Of a stretch of DNA of 56,128 nucleotides, positions 46,820-55,932 are shown in pieces (the first letter of the stretch is position 1; each line of letters opens with the position of its first letter). Location of the stretch: positions 1 through 56,128 of the forward strand of contig JBBFKW010000019.1 in the NCBI GenBank assembly GCA_037481835.1. The letters are read 5' to 3'. The position numbers and the translations under genes are program-made. Below the pieces are notes generated by a model that ran no database searches, was not told the DNA's origin, and saw nothing but the letters and a program-made list of their open reading frames with translations. This DNA is from Desulfosoma sp. GTDB lineage: Bacteria > Desulfobacterota > Syntrophobacteria > Syntrophobacterales > DSM-9756.

Positions 46820-47407
46820 TTAAGACTGTCCCAGCATGCCTTTTTTCAAGCCTTCCGAGGCGGGCTTTTCGCCGAGGAAGATGCCCCACAGGGCCTTCAT
46901 GAAGTCGGATCCCGGCACGACCCCCTTTTCCTTTCCTTTGACCACCACGTGGGTGCCCACCCCCGGTTCGTACAGCAGGCGGATTTCTTCACCCGCCTTC
47001 AGCGATTCCGTAAAGTAACCCACGAAGGCGTTGATGCGGTCCTTGAGGGCCGGGGCCGGGTTCGGCGCGGTTTTTTCAAAGCCTTCCTTCCAGGTTTCCA
47101 CGAGCTTGGGGGCTTCCACTTCCTTATACACGAAGTGCATGACGATGCCCTTGGCCTTGTCCGTTTCGATGAGGGTTTTGGCGTCCGACGACTTTTCGGC
47201 GACGTAGAGCGCTCCGTAGTAGACGTCCACGATGAGCTTTTTTCGCAGTCCAAAGCCGTTCAACACGCAGCGCGTCTGGCCGATGGTGATTTCGCCGGGA
47301 AACTTCGGGGTCTTGTCTTCGGCGGCGCCGGCCGGAAGCGCCCACAAGACCGCAAGGAAAAGGCCAATGAAACCCTGAAAGTAAAGAGCCCTGCGCAAAG
47401 GATTCAT
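46820..47407 (-). CDS. Chalcone isomerase-like (Chalcone_3) exported protein
   Basis: Signal peptide; LNGFGLRKKLIVDVYYGALY; F.KALWGIFLGEKP...LKKGMLG. Confidence 0.85.
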   Translation of the reverse strand: MNPLRRALYFQGFIGLFLAVLWALPAGAAEDKTPKFPGEITIGQTRCVLNGFGLRKKLIVDVYYGALYVAEKSSDAKTLIETDKAKGIVMHFVYKEVEAPKLVETWKEGFEKTAPNPAPALKDRINAFVGYFTESLKAGEEIRLLYEPGVGTHVVVKGKEKGVVPGSDFMKALWGIFLGEKPASEGLKKGMLGQS

Positions 47408-47483
47408 CCAATCACCCTCCCTGTCTTTAATGTCCCTCATTAGGAGCCGCCCCATCGGCTCCTCCCCCCTCCAGGCTTCGGCC

Positions 47484-47520
47484 TCTCCCCTTCCCAGACC
47501 TTGGCTGGGAAGGGGGGAGA
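47484..47520 (-). terminator. Strong hairpin downstream of degP
   Basis: TCTCCCCTTCCCAG / CTGGGAAGGGGGGAGA stem about 20 nt after the stop; no clear U-tract. Confidence 0.4.
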
Positions 47521-47539
47521 CAGCTCTTTCGGCTCGCTG

Positions 47540-48997
47540 CTAATTTTGGGGCACTTGCAGCACGACGTAAAACGTCCGATCCCCCCGCTTGACCAAGAGC
47601 AAGAGGCTTTTTCTCTTTTCCGCGCTCTTCATGGCTTGGTTGTAATCTCTCACGTTTTGGATCTTCTTTCGGTTCACTTCCTTGATGAGGTCGCCGGGCT
47701 GGAGGCGCGCGGCGGCGGCCGGGCTGTCGGCTTCCACCTCGGTGACTACGACGCCCCGTTCCGAGGCGTCCCAGCCGAAGCGTTCGGCCAGTTCTTTGGT
47801 GATGTTCTGGACCGAAAGTCCCCAGACGTTTTCCTCCGTCTCGCCGGGCTGCGCCGTAGCGGATTCTTCTTCAGGCATGGTGCCCAGGCTGACGGTCATG
47901 ACTTTCTTGGACCCTTCGCGAAGAACACCCAGCTTCACTTCGGAATTGGGCGGGGTCGCCGCCACCCGCCGGGAGAGGTCATGGGCGTCGTGAACTTCTT
48001 CGCCATTGAATTCCAGGATGATGTCGCCCTGTTCGATCCCGGCCTTTTCAGCGGGGCTGTCTTTGAGGACGTCGGAGACCAGAACGCCTTTGGCGTCCTT
48101 AAGGTTGAAAGATTCGGCGATTTCGGGGGTCACATCCTGGATCATGATGCCGAGCCAGCCGCGGATGACTTTTCCCGTGCGCAGCTGGGGCAAGAGATCC
48201 TTGGCCACGTTGATGGGAATGGCAAACCCGATGCCCTGGCCTCGCGCCACAATGGCCGTGTTGATCCCCACCACTTCGCCGTTCATGTTGAAGAGCGGGC
48301 CGCCGGAGTTGCCCGGGTTGATGGCGGCATCCGTTTGGAGAAAGTCGTCATAGGGTCCGGCACCGATGATCCGCCCTTTGGCGCTGATGATCCCCACGGT
48401 CACCGTATGGCCCAAGCCGAAGGGATTGCCCACGGCCATGACCCAGTCGCCCACGCGCAAGCTGGACGAATCGCCCAGCACGGCGGGCTTGGGAAAGTTC
48501 TTGTCCGGCTCCGCCTTGATGAGGGCCAGGTCCGTCTTGGAATCCCGTCCCACCACCTTGGCGGCGTATTCCTTGCCGTTTTGCAGCTTGATCTTGATTT
48601 CCGTGGCCTTTTCAATGACGTGATTGTTGGTCAAGATGAGTCCCGAAGCATCGATGACCACCCCGGAACCCAGGGAATTGGTTTTCATGGACCCTTTGGG
48701 CATGTCTCCAAAGAAGCGCTTGAAGAACTCGTCGCCGAAAAATTCGCGGAACGGTGAATCCGGTTCCATGAACGGCTGCAGCGGATGCCCCTTGATGACC
48801 TGGGTCGTGGCGATGTTGACCACCGAGTCCTTGACCTTATCGGCCAGGTCGGCGAAAGACGGCGGCGCGTTCCCTCCGAAAAGGCCGGATGTCGCCCAGG
48901 ACGTTCCGGGAACCGTTCCCATGCCGAGCATCATGACTAGGCCGAGCACCCCCACGATCCGTGGAAAACTCTGTCCACGGTTTGTTCGTTTACCCAT
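47540..48997 (-). CDS. degP: DegP/DegQ (HtrA) periplasmic serine protease with two PDZ domains
   Basis: GSGV, TNNHV, DLAL, GNPFGLGHTVT, QTDAAINPGNSGGPL. Confidence 0.96.
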   Translation of the reverse strand: MGKRTNRGQSFPRIVGVLGLVMMLGMGTVPGTSWATSGLFGGNAPPSFADLADKVKDSVVNIATTQVIKGHPLQPFMEPDSPFREFFGDEFFKRFFGDMPKGSMKTNSLGSGVVIDASGLILTNNHVIEKATEIKIKLQNGKEYAAKVVGRDSKTDLALIKAEPDKNFPKPAVLGDSSSLRVGDWVMAVGNPFGLGHTVTVGIISAKGRIIGAGPYDDFLQTDAAINPGNSGGPLFNMNGEVVGINTAIVARGQGIGFAIPINVAKDLLPQLRTGKVIRGWLGIMIQDVTPEIAESFNLKDAKGVLVSDVLKDSPAEKAGIEQGDIILEFNGEEVHDAHDLSRRVAATPPNSEVKLGVLREGSKKVMTVSLGTMPEEESATAQPGETEENVWGLSVQNITKELAERFGWDASERGVVVTEVEADSPAAAARLQPGDLIKEVNRKKIQNVRDYNQAMKSAEKRKSLLLLVKRGDRTFYVVLQVPQN

Positions 48998-49135
48998 GCT
49001 GTAAGCTCCTTTCCCCTGATCGGGATGAAATCCGCACGAACCTTTTCAGCCTCGCAAAAAATTTGCTATACACCATAAACGAAGTCGGCGAAAAATCAAG
49101 AACGAGCCAAGAGACAAGGAGGTCGCACACCCCCG

Positions 49136-49465
49136 ATGAAATCGATGACGTTGGTCGAGGCATGCCGTTCCAGCGCGAGGATCCTGCAAAGGAATCCCGA
49201 ACTGGCCGCCATCTATGGAAACGCTGTGCGTCGATACGGGGAGGGGGAGCTTTTCTGTACCTTGATGGACCTCATTGCGCGGGCCTACGAGGAGGGCAAG
49301 CTGGAAGAGGAGGTTTTCAAGAACCCGCAGAGTCTATTGAGCTTCTGCTGCGGGGCGTGGATCCAGTTCCTTCTTGTGGAAGTGGCGGGCATGAAGAAAG
49401 CGGACCTTCATGCCGTGGCTCGAAAGATTTTCAAGGAAACCCACAGCAACCGATCCCTGCACTGA
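49136..49465 (+). CDS. Hypothetical protein
   Basis: Divergent from degP, AAGGAGG upstream, stop abuts the stop of the next gene. Confidence 0.6.
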   Translation: MKSMTLVEACRSSARILQRNPELAAIYGNAVRRYGEGELFCTLMDLIARAYEEGKLEEEVFKNPQSLLSFCCGAWIQFLLVEVAGMKKADLHAVARKIFKETHSNRSLH

Positions 49466-49466
49466 A

Positions 49467-51653
49467 TCATTCCCCAAGGTCCACGGCGGCGTTCAGGGAT
49501 CCGTATTTTTCCACGACGACGGCGCCGGGCGGAAAGCACCGGAAGAGTCGGCGGGCTTCCTCGAAACCGCCCAAGACCACCTGGAAAGATGCCCATTGGA
49601 GGGCGCCTTTTCGGAACCGCCCCTCCAAGGTGCGCACGTCGATCCCCGGCGGGATGGTCCCCAAAAGGGGCAGCAAGGCCTGCTTTTCCGACGAAAACAC
49701 TTTGAGCCACATGGCGATGGGGCTGGACCACGGCTGGTCTTCCGCCCAGATCACATCCAGGAACTTGTGCGGCGGCAGCTCATGGCGCTCCGTCACATCG
49801 CTGCAGCGGGCTCTGTGGAAGGTGATCCCGCGTTCACTCAGGGTAGCCAGAAGCCGGCTTTCCCCGGGATAGGGATGGCAGCAGCCGGCGAACTTATGAA
49901 CCGCGGGATCCAATTCGCCCACGGTGAGCACGTGGCGTTCGTGGGCTTCGTCTTCGAGGGGGAGGATCCGGCCCTTGGGCACGGGCTTTTTGCGCACGTC
50001 CTGCAGGTAATAGAGGAATGCGTGGGGGGAGAGGAGATCCTGGCCGATGCGGACGAAAAGGTCTTCCAGGGACTTGACGTTGAGCACTTCCAGGATGAGC
50101 GGAACCTCTTCCCTTTCCAGGGCTTCCTGGGAAATCCCGTGGTGCGCCAGTTCTTGAAGGAGAATATCGCGGCCGACCCGGTAGGCGCAGTTGCGCCGCC
50201 GGCGGGCGATTTCCCGGGCGATGGCGTTTCGGGCTTTCGGGGTCATGCACAGGCGTTCCAGGTCGGGATCGAAGGGGACGGCCGTTTCGGCCTTGATCAC
50301 CCGCACCGTGTCGCCGTCTTTGAGCCGGTAGGTGGGGGGCACGCGCCGACCGCCCACGACGGCCCCCATGCAGTAATTGCCGAGATCCGAGTGGATCTTG
50401 AAGGCGAAGTCCAAAACGATGCTCCCGATGGGAAACGTGTGGGCGTCGCCATGAGGGGTGTAGACGGTGACCTCTTCCGCTTCCGAAAGCTGGATGAGGT
50501 TTCGGCGCTGGGGCGGCGGTCCGTCGTATTCGCCGACGCTGCGGAGGAATTCGCTGACTTCCTTAAGGTACGCGTCCGTGATCCTTTCGGGGGTGTTCCA
50601 TTGGCTGAGCACCCCCTGGGTGGCCCACGCGTCCATGGCTGCCGTGCGCACCTTTACAAGGTAATTTTCACCCTTGTAATGGATCCGCGTGTGCAGGCTC
50701 ATGTAGCCGTTGTTTTTCGGGTTGGCGATAAAATCCCGGAGGCTTCGCGGCACCGGAGTCAGAGTGGTATTGACCACCCCCAGGGCGCAATAACAGGGCT
50801 CCACATCGTCTGAGGGAAGCACCACCGTAAAGTCCACCCGGTTTTCCGCGTTGTTCAGCCGCAGCGTCCCCTTGGCCGCATCGTAGTAAGTGCCTAGGCC
50901 CTTGACCCTGCTGCGGATGTGAACCTCCATGCCCCTTCGGGCGAAAGCCTCCTTGAGCCGCTCCGTAATCTCGGGCACGTGAGGGTGTGCGTAGAGAGAG
51001 CGCAGGGCATTGAGGATTTTCTTGCTTTTCTTTGGGTAGAGGTAGGAAAGGGCCAGGTGGTAGAGTTCCCGCTTGAGGGGAAAGATGTTGAGTTTGGCCG
51101 CCAGAGGGGCATAGATTTCCACGGTTTCCTGGGCGATGCGCTGCTGCTTGGGCGGGGGCAGATAGTGGAGGGTGCGCAGGTTGTGGAGCCGATCGGCCAG
51201 CTTGACGATGAGCACGCCCAGGCGCTGGCTCGCCGTCTGGAGAATCTTGCTGTGGGTGAGGTCCTTGAGGACGGCCCGGTCCAGGTGCAGGCGGGTCATC
51301 TTGGTGCAGCCTTCAACGAGGTCCGCCACCGCCGTGCCGAAATGCTGCTGGATGAGTTCGTAATCGATGCCCGGCACGTCCTCGATGACGTCGTGGAGAA
51401 TGGCCGCCGCCAGGATTTCCGGGTCGCGGATGCCCATCTCCTTGGCCAGTATGTGGGCCACGGCGCACGGATGGCTGATGTAGGGCGAGCCCGATTTTCG
51501 GACCTGCCCCGCATGGAGCTTCTCTGCGAAATCCAGGGCCCGGAAAAAGAGGGCGTTCCGCTCGTCTTCGCGCGGCAGGAACTCCTCCATCCGAAGACGG
51601 TAGATCTCCAGGTCGAACTGTCCGGGCTCTTCCGTAAACAGCTGCTGATACAA
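49467..51653 (-). CDS. Long RelA/SpoT homologue with intact HD hydrolase and degenerate synthetase
   Basis: RKSGSPYISHP, HDVIED, KLADRLHNLRTL; TGS VYTPHG...DFAFKIHSDLG; zinc-finger CCHPYPG...HRARC; synthetase motifs altered. Confidence 0.9.
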   Translation of the reverse strand: MYQQLFTEEPGQFDLEIYRLRMEEFLPREDERNALFFRALDFAEKLHAGQVRKSGSPYISHPCAVAHILAKEMGIRDPEILAAAILHDVIEDVPGIDYELIQQHFGTAVADLVEGCTKMTRLHLDRAVLKDLTHSKILQTASQRLGVLIVKLADRLHNLRTLHYLPPPKQQRIAQETVEIYAPLAAKLNIFPLKRELYHLALSYLYPKKSKKILNALRSLYAHPHVPEITERLKEAFARRGMEVHIRSRVKGLGTYYDAAKGTLRLNNAENRVDFTVVLPSDDVEPCYCALGVVNTTLTPVPRSLRDFIANPKNNGYMSLHTRIHYKGENYLVKVRTAAMDAWATQGVLSQWNTPERITDAYLKEVSEFLRSVGEYDGPPPQRRNLIQLSEAEEVTVYTPHGDAHTFPIGSIVLDFAFKIHSDLGNYCMGAVVGGRRVPPTYRLKDGDTVRVIKAETAVPFDPDLERLCMTPKARNAIAREIARRRRNCAYRVGRDILLQELAHHGISQEALEREEVPLILEVLNVKSLEDLFVRIGQDLLSPHAFLYYLQDVRKKPVPKGRILPLEDEAHERHVLTVGELDPAVHKFAGCCHPYPGESRLLATLSERGITFHRARCSDVTERHELPPHKFLDVIWAEDQPWSSPIAMWLKVFSSEKQALLPLLGTIPPGIDVRTLEGRFRKGALQWASFQVVLGGFEEARRLFRCFPPGAVVVEKYGSLNAAVDLGE

Positions 51654-51999
51654 GGATCATCCTCTGTGCGCAAAATGGGCGGCCGCCATCAACGCCGACA
51701 CGCCGATTTACATTCTACCGGATCTTTCCCCCCGCGCACAGTTTTAAATCAGTTGAGCCGTCCCGTTCTGGTCTCCAAGGGATCGTCCCCGTTGCGGGCC
51801 GCCTCTCCAGCACCGCCCATGCAGCTCAGATAGTCCCTCCAGATCGGTTTTGGGGAGCGCTGGGTTCCGGGGCACATTTCCCTTTGCGGGCCGGTTCCTC
51901 AATTGTTGACCGCAGAGTTTCATTTGGATTGATACATTGCGAAAACAAGGTCTTCGGTGATCCGTGAGGGGAGTGATGCGGCTTGTCGCCGAGGCGGCG

Positions 52000-52851
52000 T
52001 TAGAACCAGAATTTCAAAAAGCCCATAAAGGCGACCGTAAAGGAAAACCCCAAGCCCATGGTCCACTGAAGCATGGTGAAACGTTTGTCCATGGCTTCAA
52101 AGCGTGCATTCATTTCGCGCTGTAGGGACTCGAAACGTCTGTCCATGGCCTCGAACCTTTGGTACACCGCCTCGAAGCGTTTTCCCATGGCTTCAAACCT
52201 TTGGTCCATGGCTTCAAAGCGTGCATTCATTTCGCGCTGTAGGGACTCGAAACGTCTGTCCATGGCCTCGAACCTCTGGTCCATGGCCTCGAAGCGTTTT
52301 CCCATGGCTTCGAACCTTTGGTCCATGGCCTCGAAGCGTTTTCCCATAGCCTCGAACCTCTGGTCCATGGCCTCGAAGCGTTTTCCCATGGCTTCGAACC
52401 TCTGGTCCATGGCCTCGAAGCGGGCGGCCATCTCGCGCTGCAGGGACTCAAAGCGCTTGTCGATGGCCTCAAAGCGCTTTTCCATAGCTTCGAACCTTTG
52501 GTCCATGGCCTCGAAGCGTTTTCCCATGGCTTCGAACCTTTGGTCCATGGCCTCGAAGCGGGCGGCCATCTCGCGCTGCAGGGACTCAAAGCGCTTGTCG
52601 ATGGCCTCAAAGCGCTTGTCGGCGGCCTCGAATCGAGCCGCCTCGATCTCCCGCAAGGACTTGAGTTCCTCCTCCACGCGAACGGTGCGTTCCATCAGGG
52701 AAAGTTCCCGGGAGCGGCGCTCGTTTTCCTTGACGAAAGCGGCGATTTTTTCAGCGAAAAGGCCGTCGGCTTCCCTTTGCAGGATCTGTTGCACGATGGC
52801 CGCGATCTTCTGCTCCAGCAGAACATCATCTGTTTGATGGGATACGGCCAT
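52000..52851 (-). CDS. Coiled-coil heptad-repeat protein with C-terminal membrane anchor (DUF1640/CCDC90-like architecture)
   Basis: Short head, RVEEELK neck, 24 RFE-initiated repeats, terminal WTMGLGFSFTVAFMGFLKF helix. Confidence 0.8.
   Translation of the reverse strand: MAVSHQTDDVLLEQKIAAIVQQILQREADGLFAEKIAAFVKENERRSRELSLMERTVRVEEELKSLREIEAARFEAADKRFEAIDKRFESLQREMAARFEAMDQRFEAMGKRFEAMDQRFEAMEKRFEAIDKRFESLQREMAARFEAMDQRFEAMGKRFEAMDQRFEAMGKRFEAMDQRFEAMGKRFEAMDQRFEAMDRRFESLQREMNARFEAMDQRFEAMGKRFEAVYQRFEAMDRRFESLQREMNARFEAMDKRFTMLQWTMGLGFSFTVAFMGFLKFWF
52078..52635 (-). repeat. Coding tandem repeat of 21-nt and 33-nt units
   Basis: 20 heptads RFEA(M/I/A/V)xx and 4 hendecads RFESLQREM(A/N)A, near-identical at DNA level. 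Confidence 0.95.
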
Positions 52852-53229
52852 GGATGTTGTCCTTCTCCGGGGGAATCTTTCGAACCGCGGCGGCAAGGTA
52901 TTGACTTTTATATCACGGGCCGGAATTTCCGGCAAGGCAACGGAGCCTGTGAACAGGCAGAAGATTTGAGTATTGGGTTTTGTGTGATGAACTGAGTTGA
53001 CTTTTTGGCTATTGCCGGGACAGCAACGGGCACCTTGAACAACCTTATGTCTGGACGATGGAGAGAACCTCAGGGCTCCTGCAGGAGGCCTGACGACCTG
53101 TTCCTATGCGTTAAATAGGGGGCTTGTGAGACTTTTGCCGGCATGCGGCCTCTAAGGAAGTGACGGCGCAGGAGGACCGCCCCCGGCTCCGGGGGCGATG
53201 GGCGCGGCATGGAATCCAAGGAGGCGGGC

Positions 53230-55599
53230 ATGAAAAGGTGGGTGAAGCGATACGGCGCAGTGTTTCTGTGCGTGGCAGGGATCATGGGGGCGCGGGCCTG
53301 GGCGGCTCCTGCCGGAGGGGAGCCCGCCGAAGGGGCGGATAAAACCCTTTCGCCCTACTTTTTCATCAAGAGCGACGATCCATCGGTGGATCGGCTGCCG
53401 CTGAAAGCCACGTCGGCGGACGTGAAGATCGCCGGAATGATCGCCGATGTGAAAGTCGTTCAGGTGTATCGCAACGAGGGGAAAAGGCCCTTGGAGGCCC
53501 TGTACGTCTTCCCCGCATCCACTCGGGCGTCCGTCTACGGCATGAAGATGACCGTCGGGGAGCGGATCATCGAAACTCAGATCAGGGAGCGGCGCGAAGC
53601 CCGCAAAGCCTACGAAAACGCCAAACAGGAAGGCAAGAGCGCCTCGCTCCTGGAACAGCAGCGCCCTAACGTGTTTCAGATGAACGTGGCGAACATTCTG
53701 CCGGGAGACGAGATCACGGTGGAGCTCCGTTACACGGAACTGCTCGTCCCCGAAAGAGGGGTCTACGAATTCGTCTACCCCACGGTGGTGGGGCCGAGGT
53801 ATTCCAACACGCCTGAGGGCACGGCCCCAGCGGCTGAAAAATGGATCCAAAACCCATATCTTCATGAGGGCGAAGCGCCGCCTTACACGTTCGACATTCG
53901 GGTGAACGTGGAAGGCGGCATGCCGATCCGGGAAGTGGCCTGCCCGTCGCACAAGACCACCGTGGCCTTCGACGGCCCGTCCACCGCCCTCATCACGCTG
54001 GATCCGTCGGAAAAATCCGGCGGCAACCGGGACTACATTTTGAGGTATCGCCTCGACGGGGATGCCGTGAGCTCGGGCTTGGTGCTCTATCGGGGTGAGA
54101 CGGAAAACTTCTTTCTCCTCATGATCCAGCCGCCCCGCACAGTGACGCCGGCTCGGATCCCCCCGAGGGAATATGTCTTCGTCGTCGATGTATCCGGATC
54201 CATGCGCGGTTTTCCCCTGGAAATTTCCAAGAAGCTCCTGAAGGATCTCATCGGCGGCCTGCGCCCCTCGGACCGGTTCAACGTGCTCCTGTTTTCCGGC
54301 GGATCCACCGTTTTCTCCGAACGGTCGGTTCCCGCCACGGAAGAAAACATCGCCCGGGCTCTGCACATCATCGAAAGGGAACACGGAGGCGGGGGCACGG
54401 AACTCCTTCCGGCCTTGGAACGGGCCTTCAGTCTGCCAGGGGAGGACGGATTTTCGCGATCCGTCATCCTTGTGACCGACGGTTACGTCGCCGTGGAAAA
54501 GGAAGCCTTTCGGCTGGTCCGAAACCGGCTTGGCGAGGCCAACCTTTTCGCCTTCGGGATCGGAAGTTCCGTCAACCGATTCCTCATCGAGGGGATGGCT
54601 CGAGCCGGCATGGGCGAGCCCTTCGTCGTCACCAAGCCTGACGAAGCCCCGGCTCAGGCGGCGAAATTCCGGGACTATGTCCAATCCCCCGTGCTCATTC
54701 ACCCTGTGGTGGATTTCGACGGCTTCGCCGTTGAGGATGTGGAGCCGCGCCGGCCCCCGGACCTCATGGCCGAGCGGCCGATTGTGGTTTTCGGCAAATG
54801 GCGCGGTGAACCCCGAGGCACAATTCGCGTGAGCGGCCGAAGCGGCACATCCGGTTATCACGCCTCGGTGGACGTCTCCCGGGTCAAGCCTTCGGAAAAC
54901 GCCTCGGCCCTCCGATACCTTTGGGCGCGGCACAAGATCGCCGCCCTGACGGATGAAGCCGCCCTGGAGGCCCCGTCGCAAGGCGAAGAATCCCGCACGA
55001 CCCGAGAAATCACCGCTCTGGGTTTACAATACGGACTGCTCACCGCCTATACGTCCTTTGTGGCCGTGGATACCCTGGCTCGTTCCGATTCCGGGAAAAC
55101 GGTGACGGTGGAACAACCCTTGCCGCTTCCCGCCGGGGTTCCCGATACGGCCCTGCCCGGCGGCCCCCTGCAGTCGGCCCGGGCTGTTTCGCCGATGCCT
55201 GGCGGAGGCGCAGCCCCATCGATGATGACGCTCCACAAGAAGGCGGAAGAGCGGGACAAGGGGGAAACGGAAGCTCCCGGGGTACGGATCCTAAAAATTG
55301 AGATCACCGGCGCTCTTTCCAAGGAATCGGCCGAGAGGATGTGGGAAGAGAACCGAAAATCCCTGGAAATCTGCCTTCGCGGGAAGGCGACGGCGGATCC
55401 GCCGCAAAGCGGTACCGCGGCGCTGAAGGTGAGCGTGGACGGGCGTGGCTCGGTCACCCAAGTGGAGTGGTCTTCGAAAGAATTCGGTGACGAAGGGCTG
55501 CAGCGCTGTATTGCGGAAGCGGTCAAGCGATGGCGGTTTCCCGCGCCGTCCGACGGAAAACCGGTGCGCGTCGAGTATGCCCTCACCGTGCTCCGTTAG
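53230..55599 (+). CDS. Exported VIT + vWA domain protein with C-terminal TonB_C-like (AgmX/PglI-type) domain
   Basis: Signal peptide; VIT (LEALYVFP, SASLLEQQRPNVF); MIDAS DVSGS...GGT...TDG; YTSFVAVD; C-terminal VDGRGSV...CIAEAVKRWRFPAP...VRVEY. Confidence 0.85.
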   Translation: MKRWVKRYGAVFLCVAGIMGARAWAAPAGGEPAEGADKTLSPYFFIKSDDPSVDRLPLKATSADVKIAGMIADVKVVQVYRNEGKRPLEALYVFPASTRASVYGMKMTVGERIIETQIRERREARKAYENAKQEGKSASLLEQQRPNVFQMNVANILPGDEITVELRYTELLVPERGVYEFVYPTVVGPRYSNTPEGTAPAAEKWIQNPYLHEGEAPPYTFDIRVNVEGGMPIREVACPSHKTTVAFDGPSTALITLDPSEKSGGNRDYILRYRLDGDAVSSGLVLYRGETENFFLLMIQPPRTVTPARIPPREYVFVVDVSGSMRGFPLEISKKLLKDLIGGLRPSDRFNVLLFSGGSTVFSERSVPATEENIARALHIIEREHGGGGTELLPALERAFSLPGEDGFSRSVILVTDGYVAVEKEAFRLVRNRLGEANLFAFGIGSSVNRFLIEGMARAGMGEPFVVTKPDEAPAQAAKFRDYVQSPVLIHPVVDFDGFAVEDVEPRRPPDLMAERPIVVFGKWRGEPRGTIRVSGRSGTSGYHASVDVSRVKPSENASALRYLWARHKIAALTDEAALEAPSQGEESRTTREITALGLQYGLLTAYTSFVAVDTLARSDSGKTVTVEQPLPLPAGVPDTALPGGPLQSARAVSPMPGGGAAPSMMTLHKKAEERDKGETEAPGVRILKIEITGALSKESAERMWEENRKSLEICLRGKATADPPQSGTAALKVSVDGRGSVTQVEWSSKEFGDEGLQRCIAEAVKRWRFPAPSDGKPVRVEYALTVLR

Positions 55600-55690
55600 G
55601 TCGTTCCTCCGAAAACGGGCGCCGCGTCATCGCCATCCCGTGCTTGTCCTCCCCGCCAAGCTCGCCGCGGGCCTAAACGGTGATTGGGCC

Positions 55691-55719
55691 TTGACTTGGC
55701 GGGGAGAATCCATTATTTT
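55691..55719 (+). promoter_or_regulatory. Putative sigma70 promoter of the tRNA-Gln/Glu pair
   Basis: TTGACT-N17-TATTTT 13 nt upstream of tRNA-Gln. Confidence 0.65.
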
Positions 55720-55732
55720 CACGGCGCTTTGT

Positions 55733-55806
55733 TGGGGGATCGTCTAGCGGCAGGACGGCGGACTCTGGATCCGCTAGCCTAGGTTCGAATCCTAGTCCCC
55801 CAGCCA
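55733..55806 (+). tRNA. tRNA-Gln(CTG)
   Basis: TGGGGGA...TCCCCCAGCCA acceptor, anticodon arm GCGGA-CTCTGGA-TCCGC. Confidence 0.96.
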
Positions 55807-55814
55807 TTTTTTTT

Positions 55815-55890
55815 GGTCCCATCGTCTAGTGGCCTAGGATACTGGCCTCTCACGCCAGAGACACGGGTTCGAATCCCGTTGGGACTACCA
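55815..55890 (+). tRNA. tRNA-Glu(CTC)
   Basis: GGTCCCA...TGGGACTACCA acceptor, anticodon arm CTGGC-CTCTCAC-GCCAG. Confidence 0.96.
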
Positions 55891-55902
55891 GAAGGGCGCC
55901 AG

Positions 55903-55932
55903 GGGGTTCGCTTGTACGCGAACCCCTTTTTT
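55903..55932 (+). terminator. Rho-independent terminator of the tRNA pair
   Basis: GGGGTTCGC-TTGTAC-GCGAACCCC followed by TTTTTT. Confidence 0.9.

Noticed and set aside
52078..52635. Regular repeat array as a possible CRISPR
   Set aside because: Units are contiguous 21- and 33-nt multiples of three with no unique spacers, they encode a coiled coil, and no cas genes are present
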